Assembly: GCA_044359535.1 (NCBI GenBank) | Contig: JBIKLZ010000005.1 | Location: 1-41,813 of the forward strand | DNA length: 41,813 nt | Reading direction: 5' to 3' | Origin: Chlamydiia bacterium | GTDB lineage: Bacteria > Chlamydiota > Chlamydiia > Chlamydiales > 2-12-FULL-49-11 | Part shown: in pieces, positions 29,038 through 36,694 of the stretch | Position numbering within the stretch: position 1 is the stretch's first letter | How the letters are laid out: every line of letters starts with the position of its first letter | The notes under the pieces: generated by a model | What the model was told of the DNA's origin: nothing | Database searches by the model: none | What the model saw: only the letters and a program-made list of their open reading frames with translations | Position numbers and translations under genes: made by a program

Positions 29038-30649
29038 AAAGATCTCCCTTTTTGGACAACTCAATAGAGGCTTTAATAAAAGAGGCAAATAGAGGATGGG
29101 GTTTGTCAGGTTTGGATAAAAATTCAGGATGAAACTGAACCCCAACCATCCAAGGATGGTCTTCTTCTTCGATAATTTCAGCAAGGTTATACAAAGGGTT
29201 AAACCCTGTAATCCTGCATCCATTTTTTTCAAAGAGTTCTTTATAGGTATTGTTAAACTCATATCGATGACGATGTCTTTCAAAAACAGTGCTTTGAAGA
29301 TAGGCTTTAAAGGCTTTTGTGTCAGGAAGTATTTGACAAGGATAGGCTCCAAGTCTCATTGTCCCCCCAAGATCTTTGATCTCCTTTTGCTCTGAAAGAA
29401 GAGAAATAACAGGATCTGTTGTCTCTTTATCAAACTCTGTAGAGTGTGCCTCTTTTCTATGTAAAATGTCTCTAGCAAATGAAATACAAAGAGTCTGCAT
29501 CCCAAGACAGATTCCAAAATAGGGAATTTTAGCCTTTCTGCAATAGGAGGCGGCTTTAATTTTTCCTTCAATACCACGGTCTCCAAATCCACCGGGGACT
29601 AACACCCCATGAACGTGTGCTAATTTTTCTTCTAACCCAAAAATTTCTTCGGAATTGATTTTTATAAGGTCTAACTTTACCCCTTCGTTAGCGCAGCTAT
29701 GAAGCAAAGACTCATAAATGCATTTATAGGCATCATCAAATTGAATGTATTTTCCAACAACAGCAATTTTTACAGCCCCTTTTGGATGTTCAATTTTTTC
29801 TATCATCGCTTCCCATTGTGATAGATCAGGTAATGACCCTTGAATCTGAAGCTTCTTTTGTAAAATGGGTAAGATCCCTTCATGAAAAAGGGCAATTGGG
29901 GCTTTATAGATCGACCCTTTAATGTCTTTTATCTCTAAAACACACGATTCATCGACACTACAATTTAATGCAATTTTCTTTTTGTGCTCACAAGACATGG
30001 GAATTGAAGTTCTACATAAAATCATATCAGGAAAAATTCCAGCACGCTGCAGTTGCTGTACGGAATGTTGGGTCGGCTTGGTTTTTAGTTCTCCGGAGGT
30101 AGAAAGATAGGGAAGGTAGGTAAGATGGATGAAAAATGTAGACTGCTTATGACGACAGTAGTACTGTTTAGCAGCTTCTAAAAATGGGCTTGATTCAATA
30201 TCCCCAACTGTCCCTCCAAGCTCTACTATAACCACATCAATAGAGGGTTCTTGCTCTCCACAGGCTTTTATCCTATTTTGAATGGCATCGGTGATATGGG
30301 GAACAACTTGAACATCCCTACCTAAGTAGACTCCTTTTCGCTCATTTTGGATCACCTCATTATAAATTTGCCCTGAGGTGGCATTAGAAATTTTAGAAAG
30401 GGGAGAGTTTGTGAAACGGTGGTAATGACCTAAATCCAAGTCCGTTTCTGTTCCGTCATCTGTGACGTAGACCTCTCCATGCTCAAAAGGATTCATTGTC
30501 CCTGGATCAACATTTAAATAAGGATCTAACTTCATTAGAGCTATTTTCAAACCCATTTTTTCTAAAAGAAACCCTAAAGAGGCAGCTGTAACCCCTTTGC
30601 CTAAAGAAGATAAAACCCCACCTGTGATGAAAATTGTTTTTATATCCAT
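29021..30649 (-). CDS. pyrG: CTP synthase
   Basis: ITGGVLSSLGKG, DPYLNVDPGTM, KTKPTQHSV, VPGGFG, GICLGMQ, RHRHRYE, QFHPEF. Confidence 0.98.
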   Translation of the reverse strand: MDIKTIFITGGVLSSLGKGVTAASLGFLLEKMGLKIALMKLDPYLNVDPGTMNPFEHGEVYVTDDGTETDLDLGHYHRFTNSPLSKISNATSGQIYNEVIQNERKGVYLGRDVQVVPHITDAIQNRIKACGEQEPSIDVVIVELGGTVGDIESSPFLEAAKQYYCRHKQSTFFIHLTYLPYLSTSGELKTKPTQHSVQQLQRAGIFPDMILCRTSIPMSCEHKKKIALNCSVDESCVLEIKDIKGSIYKAPIALFHEGILPILQKKLQIQGSLPDLSQWEAMIEKIEHPKGAVKIAVVGKYIQFDDAYKCIYESLLHSCANEGVKLDLIKINSEEIFGLEEKLAHVHGVLVPGGFGDRGIEGKIKAASYCRKAKIPYFGICLGMQTLCISFARDILHRKEAHSTEFDKETTDPVISLLSEQKEIKDLGGTMRLGAYPCQILPDTKAFKAYLQSTVFERHRHRYEFNNTYKELFEKNGCRITGFNPLYNLAEIIEEEDHPWMVGVQFHPEFLSKPDKPHPLFASFIKASIELSKKGDLCGLVK

Positions 30650-30745
30650 AAGAGAGGAAGTATAACGATACAAGGGATAAACGACAATGGGTTTTCAAAG
30701 CAAAAGAAAATAATTATAAAAAAATGTTTACACAATAATTAATAA

Positions 30746-30782
30746 ATGCTAAATTATAATTTGTAGTATGTTTAATAATAAT
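30746..30782 (+). promoter_or_regulatory. Upstream motif copy 2 (shared with 23184..23219)
   Basis: ATGCTAAATTATAATT-TGTAGTA-TGTTTAATAATAAT; includes TATAAT. Confidence 0.5.
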
Positions 30783-30795
30783 TATGGTGTTTTAA

Positions 30796-31689
30796 ATGAT
30801 TAATAATATCAAAGAGAACTTTGAAGAAAATAAAAAATATAACGATTTACCTTATCCAAGATTTATGGAGTTTAGATGTGAATATAAAGATGCAAACTAT
30901 ATTTTTAGTCCAATTATCTTTGAACGAGAGGATGGATTTATAAAGGGTGTGGGAAAAGGGCCATCGGCTATTTTAGAAGGATCGCAAGTAATAGAAAAAT
31001 ATCACATAGGGACAGATAGCAAGGCCTATCTTTCAGGATTTTTTACACAAAAGCCTTTTTTTGCATCTTCAGAAGAGGAGGGTTTAGAAGAGGTGAATAA
31101 AACTGTGACAAAAGCAATAGGGGATAGAAAAATTCCAATCACCCTTTTAGGAGATGGATCAAGCGCAATAGGAGCCTACTATGCGATAAATAAAATGTCT
31201 CCGAATGCAACGATTGTGAGTTTAGATGCCCATTTAAGTTTAAGAGAGACTATGGGAGGGACAAGAAATCACAGGTTCTGTAAAATGCATCATGCCAAGG
31301 TGTGTAGTGAAAATGTCCTTCATTTTGGAGTCTGTTCGATGGGAAACAATGAGAAGCTTCAATTTGATCCAGACAAAGTTTTTTTTGCTGAAGATATAGA
31401 ACAGGATAAGTATTGGTTGGAAGATGTTTTATCTGAAGTAAAAGGGGATGTTTATATAAGTATCGATGCAAGTGTATTTAATCCAAGTGTTATTGCAAGT
31501 GGACATCCAGATCCATCGGGGTTATCCTACGTAACGATAGAAAAATTATTAAGAGCATTGATTTCAAGACATCCTGTTATTGGTATTGATATTTCAGGAT
31601 TTGTCCCTAATTCAAGTTATAGAGGGGGGGAGTTGATCTTAGCAAAACTACTTTATGAATCGATCTCACATATTGAATCAAAGAAATAA
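30796..31689 (+). CDS. Arginase/agmatinase (ureohydrolase) family protein with degenerate active site
   Basis: GPSAI, LGDGS, LDAHLSLR, VYISIDASVFNPS, GHPDPSGLS, IGIDISGF follow the agmatinase motif order. Confidence 0.8.
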   Translation: MINNIKENFEENKKYNDLPYPRFMEFRCEYKDANYIFSPIIFEREDGFIKGVGKGPSAILEGSQVIEKYHIGTDSKAYLSGFFTQKPFFASSEEEGLEEVNKTVTKAIGDRKIPITLLGDGSSAIGAYYAINKMSPNATIVSLDAHLSLRETMGGTRNHRFCKMHHAKVCSENVLHFGVCSMGNNEKLQFDPDKVFFAEDIEQDKYWLEDVLSEVKGDVYISIDASVFNPSVIASGHPDPSGLSYVTIEKLLRALISRHPVIGIDISGFVPNSSYRGGELILAKLLYESISHIESKK

Positions 31690-31717
31690 TTTTAATAGAT
31701 AGCCTGGGTTCAAGAAT

Positions 31718-32809
31718 CTATTGTGGTGTTATCCCTGTTGGATCTTTAACTACTTGTATAATGGCACCTTTAGTCCATATACTAGAAAAAGTAGCCGTAC
31801 TTATTGTGATTTCCCACCCATGGTAAGGCTCGCGCAATAAAATAGTTGATAGATCTTTTGAAATTTCATCAACAACTACTACATGACCCTGGATAGTTGG
31901 GGAGTCAACTGAAACAATAGATGATCCGCCATCTCTAATACATTCTGCCAGCTGTTCTAGAGTTTTGGGATTCTTTGTAACACCCTTTAATCCAGCTGTA
32001 GTTATATCCGCTAACATAGTGTCTGTATTACCTAGATTTCTTTTTTTCACTTCAGTCCAATCAGGCTCTTTTTCATGATCTAAGATCAGCATAGCCGATA
32101 CGGCTGCAGTACATCCACGTTGTCCTTGTTGCTGTAAAATAGCTCTGTTATTTCTTGTGAATACTACTTCAATGCTTCCGTTGTCTGTCTTTTCCAATCT
32201 TTTAATGGGTAATTTCAGAATAATTTCTTCATCATTAATAAAATGACAACATGGATATACGCTTACCAATTCCCCTGAAGGGTTTACTTTGCAAGTATCA
32301 AAACGACTGAGCGGTGGTCTCCTCCTTTTTTGAGTAAGTCCTTGTTCTAATCTTTGTGCCTCGTCTGCTTCTGCTTCTGCTTCTGCTTCTGCTTCTGCTT
32401 CTGGTTTGTCTACTTTTGATTCTGCTTCTGGTTTGTCTACTTTTGATTCTGCTTCTGGTTTGTCTACTTTTGATTCTGCTTCTGCTTCTGCTTCTGGTTT
32501 GTCTACTTTTGATTCTGCTTCTTGTTCGTCTACGACCCTTTTGGAGTTTTTTTCTTTAGCATTTGTGACAACAAAAGTTATTGTTAAAGCTGTTGTTGCT
32601 ACAAAGAAAACCCCGAGTCCAGCAATAAGAACACATGTGCAAAGAAAAGGCGCTGTTGCTAATACCGCTATGGTAGTTGCTATTGCAAATAATACAGTTA
32701 TGGTAGCTACTGTAAAAGTAGCCACTGGTAGAATTTTAATATCTTTGGATAAAGGGGAGGGTGAGCCCTCAAACACAGGGGGGGCTACCCTCGAAATTAT
32801 TCCATCCAT
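31718..32809 (-). CDS. Inc-like membrane protein with repeat linker and C39/papain-like cysteine protease domain
   Basis: Uncharged hydrophobic stretch aa 26-82; AE/SKVDKPE repeats; QQQGQRGC233, GH309VVVVD, RE327PYHG; AAGGA RBS. Confidence 0.65.
   Translation of the reverse strand: MDGIISRVAPPVFEGSPSPLSKDIKILPVATFTVATITVLFAIATTIAVLATAPFLCTCVLIAGLGVFFVATTALTITFVVTNAKEKNSKRVVDEQEAESKVDKPEAEAEAESKVDKPEAESKVDKPEAESKVDKPEAEAEAEAEAEADEAQRLEQGLTQKRRRPPLSRFDTCKVNPSGELVSVYPCCHFINDEEIILKLPIKRLEKTDNGSIEVVFTRNNRAILQQQGQRGCTAAVSAMLILDHEKEPDWTEVKKRNLGNTDTMLADITTAGLKGVTKNPKTLEQLAECIRDGGSSIVSVDSPTIQGHVVVVDEISKDLSTILLREPYHGWEITISTATFSSIWTKGAIIQVVKDPTGITPQ
32364..32519. repeat. Intragenic compound tandem repeat
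   Basis: (TCTGCT)x6, three 27-bp units TCTGGTTTGTCTACTTTTGATTCTGCT, (TCTGCT)x2, then a fourth 27-bp unit; all units perfect. Confidence 0.95.
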
Positions 32810-32946
32810 TTTGTAATCCTTTTTTATTATTAAATGATAATTGTATCTTTAATAAGGATTTTAGAAAAGATGTTTTTCGATTTAACAAAAGGATGCAATT
32901 TGTTGATTATAAGTAATTTATGAAAAATAAAAACAAAGAGTTGAGT

Positions 32947-35115
32947 TTAAAGAGTTCCAAGGGATTGTGAGAGAAAATGCTCTAATCCTGAGAGACGCTT
33001 TTTTGTAAGGTTATTGTGAACTGCTAACCCAAGAGCTTTTTTTGATGAGACAAGGACAAGGAGCTTTTTAGCTCGGGTGATAGCTGTATAAAGAAGGTTT
33101 CTTTGTAGAAGAATATATTGAGATGTATGGAGGGGTAAAATAATGCATGGGGACTCTGAACCTTGATATTTGTGAATAGAGACAGCATAGGCAAGGGTTA
33201 TTTCAACAAGTTCATCGTAGCTATATTCGACCTCTTTATAATCAAATTTAATGATCAGTTCTTTGGTGCTATTGTCTATATCTACTATAGTTCCAATATC
33301 TCCATTAAAAACCATTTTTTGATAGTTGTTTTTTATTTGGAGCACTTTATCCCCCAGTTTATAGAGTGTTTCTCCACGAAGAATCTGTTCTTTAGAGGGG
33401 TTAATTGTCGATTGTAGGATTTTATTAAGATGGTCTATCCCTGCTTTTCCCCGTTTCATAGGGGATAGGATTTGAATATCTTCTGTGGGATGAAAATGAA
33501 ATCGCTCTGGAAGGGTCTTTTGAATTAATGTTAAAATCTCTTGGATCATATCCTCTGGATCGTCCCTTTCTATGTACCAAAAATCATCGTCAAAAGAGGT
33601 TTCGAGGATGGGCATCATCCCTTTATTGACGGCATGAGCGTTTCTTGTGATCAATGATTTTTTAGCCTGACGAAAAATTTGGTGAAGCTTTGTCATGGGA
33701 AGGGTTTGGGATTCAATGCAGTCTTTTAATACCGATCCTGGGCCTACACTTGGAAGCTGGTCAACATCACCGATTAAAATAAGACGGCAGGAATCTGGGA
33801 CAGCTTTTAAAAGAGAGAACATAAGATAGGTATCAATCATTGAGGCTTCATCAATAATGAGTAAATCGCAGTCAAGGGGGTGGCTTTTGCCCCTTTTAAA
33901 TCCTTTGTTTACAAAATCCACTTCTAAAAGGCTGTGAATGGTTTTAGCGTGTCTTTTGGTTATTTCTGAAAGACGCTTAGCTGCCCGACCCGTTGGGGCA
34001 GCTAAAAGAATTTTATCTGAAAGCTTTTCATGGATTGAAAGAATTGTTTTCGTAATAGTACTTTTTCCCGTTCCAGGCCCCCCTGTGATGATATGGATTT
34101 TATCTTTTAGAGCAGAAGAGATAGCGTGAATTTGCTCTTTAGCAAGGGTGATATGGTGTTTTTCTTCCACCCAGTCAAGGGCTTTATCTACATTGACAGA
34201 ACGGATGTTACAGTCAGAAGAAAAAATTCTTTGAAGCTCTTTTGTAATCCCTACTTCTGAATAGAAAAGTTTTGCAAGAAAAATAACGGGGACATCTTGA
34301 TCAATTGTGGGGATGAGCTCACGTTTGATTTTGCCACTTTCCTCTAAGCGTGTGATAGCTCGATGGCACAGGGTTTGTTCAACCTCTAATAGGGGGGCAA
34401 CTTTTTCTAGAAATTGATCTTCGATGAAGCAACAATGCCCTTCTTCTGAAAGTTTATCTAAGTAATAAATAACAGCAGCATCCATTCTTTGGGGGCTATC
34501 CTTAGCAATACCTAAATTGGAGGCAAGGTGGTCTGCGGTTAAAAATCCAACACCTGTAAGGTCACTAATAACTGAATAGGGGTTAGATTGTAAAATTTTG
34601 ATAGTTTCATCACCATACTGTTTAAAGATTTTAAAGGCAAGACCTTCAGATACCCTATGTCCCCTAAGAAAGAGCATCACATCCTTAATATGCTTTTTTT
34701 CTTTAAAACTTGCAGTGATTGCTTGGATTTTACCTTTTCCAATGCCTTTTAAACCAAGGAGTCGGTGGGGGCTTTCTTCTAACACTTTTAAAGTCTCTTT
34801 TCCAAAGGCTTGAACAATTGTTTTTGCATGGACCTTTCCTATCCCTTTAACAAAGCCAGAAGAAAGAAAAAGTTCAATCCCCTCTTCTTCTTGAGGGTAG
34901 AAAGAGGCGTAAGAAGAGATAACAAATTGCTCTCCGTATTCTTTGTGATCCTTCCAGACCCCTTTACAAACAAGATTTTCTCCAAGAGAAACATGGGGGA
35001 GTTTTCCAACAATACAGCTTTTTTTTGAAGGGGATTGGAGGTAGGCGACAGTAAAATGGGTCTTAGGACTTGAAAAAATAATGTGTTCAATTGTCCCAGT
35101 AAGTTCTTCTTCCAT
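32947..35115 (-). CDS. recD2: ATP-dependent RecD-like (RecD2) DNA helicase
   Basis: N-terminal HhH motifs (KGIG), NPY, GVGFLTAD, GGPGTGKST, APTGRAA, DEASM, GDVDQLPSVGPG, YAVSIHKYQGSE, LLYTAITRAK. Confidence 0.95.
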   Translation of the reverse strand: MEEELTGTIEHIIFSSPKTHFTVAYLQSPSKKSCIVGKLPHVSLGENLVCKGVWKDHKEYGEQFVISSYASFYPQEEEGIELFLSSGFVKGIGKVHAKTIVQAFGKETLKVLEESPHRLLGLKGIGKGKIQAITASFKEKKHIKDVMLFLRGHRVSEGLAFKIFKQYGDETIKILQSNPYSVISDLTGVGFLTADHLASNLGIAKDSPQRMDAAVIYYLDKLSEEGHCCFIEDQFLEKVAPLLEVEQTLCHRAITRLEESGKIKRELIPTIDQDVPVIFLAKLFYSEVGITKELQRIFSSDCNIRSVNVDKALDWVEEKHHITLAKEQIHAISSALKDKIHIITGGPGTGKSTITKTILSIHEKLSDKILLAAPTGRAAKRLSEITKRHAKTIHSLLEVDFVNKGFKRGKSHPLDCDLLIIDEASMIDTYLMFSLLKAVPDSCRLILIGDVDQLPSVGPGSVLKDCIESQTLPMTKLHQIFRQAKKSLITRNAHAVNKGMMPILETSFDDDFWYIERDDPEDMIQEILTLIQKTLPERFHFHPTEDIQILSPMKRGKAGIDHLNKILQSTINPSKEQILRGETLYKLGDKVLQIKNNYQKMVFNGDIGTIVDIDNSTKELIIKFDYKEVEYSYDELVEITLAYAVSIHKYQGSESPCIILPLHTSQYILLQRNLLYTAITRAKKLLVLVSSKKALGLAVHNNLTKKRLSGLEHFLSQSLGTL

Positions 35116-35130
35116 GAAAAAAGAATACCC

Positions 35131-36438
35131 TTAGTCCCTCTTATTGTACAAGGTGTAAAAGCTAAAATTTTTCTTTATTAAATGATTGAGCCCTTCATTA
35201 AAGCTATAGTTTGAATATAGAAGGTGTTGAAGTTTTTCCATTCCTTTAGAAAGTAGGGGGCAATCTAAGCACTGAGCAATTTTTTGAGCCCTTTGAAGGG
35301 GAGGGTTTTTTGTGTTTTTAAGTTGATCGAGGTAATCGCACAAAGAAAAGTATGGAAACAGTTCTTTTAAAGCGATCAATGACAGATCTGTTAAAAACGG
35401 AAGAGCATGGTCTAAACCATCATAGAAAAAAAGAGCATCTGTAGAAAGCGCTTCGGTAAAAGAACCGTCCCCTCGAACCCCAACAAAGGGGTGTGAGGTG
35501 GCCATTAAATGTTGAATTTCACGGGGTGTTAGACCACATAATTGAATAATGTGGATCTTTTTTCCCTTTGTATTAAAGGATAGAACCGTTTTGTGATCTG
35601 TGTCCTCAATGGTGAGAGAGGAAACATTGTAGGCACCAAAGTCAATTTTTTGTAGTACAGGGAGAATTTTTCCTAAACTGGGGGTTTTAATAGTGAGGGG
35701 CTCTACATCATTGAGTCTTGAAAGAAGGATCGATAGGAAATAGGTTATGATCCCATTTTCTGTAATAAGGTAGGCAAAATAGGTGTTTTTATCCCGTACT
35801 TTTGAAGGGATCTTTTCTAGGGTGATGATCCCTTTTTCTAAGAAATATAGACCCATGGAACGCTGTTTTGTTGCAGGATTATATTCTGGGGTATCAATGA
35901 AACCATACTGACCAATTCTTGAAATAACAGGGGGATGGGGATTGTCTTTTGTAATCATTTCTTTAAAATGGATGAAATCAAAGTAGGCAGTGGGAATTTC
36001 AATGATGGAAAAAGCTTCTTTTAAAAGGGTTAGAATAGAGGGTGGAAAGACAGGGGGGTGGGGATGGCTATAGCGTAAAATATGGTGGGGTAAAAAGGAA
36101 TGTAACCCTTTTGGAAGGGGGGTTTTTTCTTCAACAAGGCTGATAAGTTCAATCTTAAGATCCTTATTTTTTTCATGGATCATAGAAGAAATGTGAATTT
36201 GCATGGCAAGATCGCCAAGGCCTGAGGGGATGACCCATGTAAAAAAGATCAGTTTTTTTTCTGTGGTTATAAAGGTGTCTTTATATTTTTCTAAGGAGGA
36301 AAGATCGGTGACTTGAAAGAGGATATCATCACTATTAGAGAATGTCTTTTTTTTAGGAAGGGGGGAAATTGTTTTGTGAGTGAGTTTTGAATCGATGATT
36401 TCTTGTAGAATTTTTTCTGTAGAATGCATTTTTTTCAT
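35131..36438 (-). CDS. Hypothetical protein, possible GT-B glycosyltransferase fold
   Basis: ~435-aa ORF; FTWVIPSGLGD near the N-terminus and FVGVRGDGSFTEAL in the C-terminal half. Confidence 0.55.
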   Translation of the reverse strand: MKKMHSTEKILQEIIDSKLTHKTISPLPKKKTFSNSDDILFQVTDLSSLEKYKDTFITTEKKLIFFTWVIPSGLGDLAMQIHISSMIHEKNKDLKIELISLVEEKTPLPKGLHSFLPHHILRYSHPHPPVFPPSILTLLKEAFSIIEIPTAYFDFIHFKEMITKDNPHPPVISRIGQYGFIDTPEYNPATKQRSMGLYFLEKGIITLEKIPSKVRDKNTYFAYLITENGIITYFLSILLSRLNDVEPLTIKTPSLGKILPVLQKIDFGAYNVSSLTIEDTDHKTVLSFNTKGKKIHIIQLCGLTPREIQHLMATSHPFVGVRGDGSFTEALSTDALFFYDGLDHALPFLTDLSLIALKELFPYFSLCDYLDQLKNTKNPPLQRAQKIAQCLDCPLLSKGMEKLQHLLYSNYSFNEGLNHLIKKNFSFYTLYNKRD

Positions 36439-36445
36439 TTTTTTA

Positions 36446-36474
36446 TTGTATGCAATAGGCTGATTTGATACAAT
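36446..36474 (+). promoter_or_regulatory. Promoter of tRNA-Asn
   Basis: TTGTAT, 17 bp, TACAAT with a TGn extension; -10 ends 12 bp upstream of the tRNA. Confidence 0.65.
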
Positions 36475-36486
36475 CACTGATTCTTT

Positions 36487-36559
36487 TTCGGCTTAGCTCA
36501 GTTGGTAGAGCAGTAGACTGTTAATCTATTTGTCGCTGGTTCGAGCCCAGCAGCCGGAG
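36487..36559 (+). tRNA. tRNA-Asn (GTT), CCA not encoded
   Basis: Acceptor TTCGGCT/AGCCGGA plus G73; D arm GCTC/GAGC; anticodon arm GTAGA-CTGTTAA-TCTAT; T arm GCTGG-TTCGAGC-CCAGC. Confidence 0.97.
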
Positions 36560-36561
36560 AT

Positions 36562-36598
36562 AAAAGCACCTAAGGAATCCTTAGGTGCTTTTTTATTT
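36562..36598. terminator. Intrinsic terminator after tRNA-Asn (probably bidirectional)
   Basis: AAAAGCACCTAAGG-AAT-CCTTAGGTGCTTTTTT perfect inverted repeat with T tract. Confidence 0.88.
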
Positions 36599-36694
36599 TC
36601 GTCAATGGCTTGATTTCGGTTGCTTAGTTTCTAGTCTTTTTCAAGACACTTGTTGTGCACTTTAGATTTGCAAAGGCTCACTTTTTTAAAATGA

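Noticed and set aside
29038-29352. 105-aa N-terminal extension of RuvX in the ORF track
   Set aside because: Lies inside pyrG in another frame; a GTG with an RBS at 29037 gives a normal-length protein
32364-32519. Repeat as a possible CRISPR array
   Set aside because: Units are contiguous with no unique spacers, lie in-frame in a CDS, and no cas genes are present
32356-32816. Plus-strand ORFs 32356..32559 (poly-Leu) and 32406..32816
   Set aside because: Antisense read-outs of the stop-free tandem repeat inside the minus-strand gene
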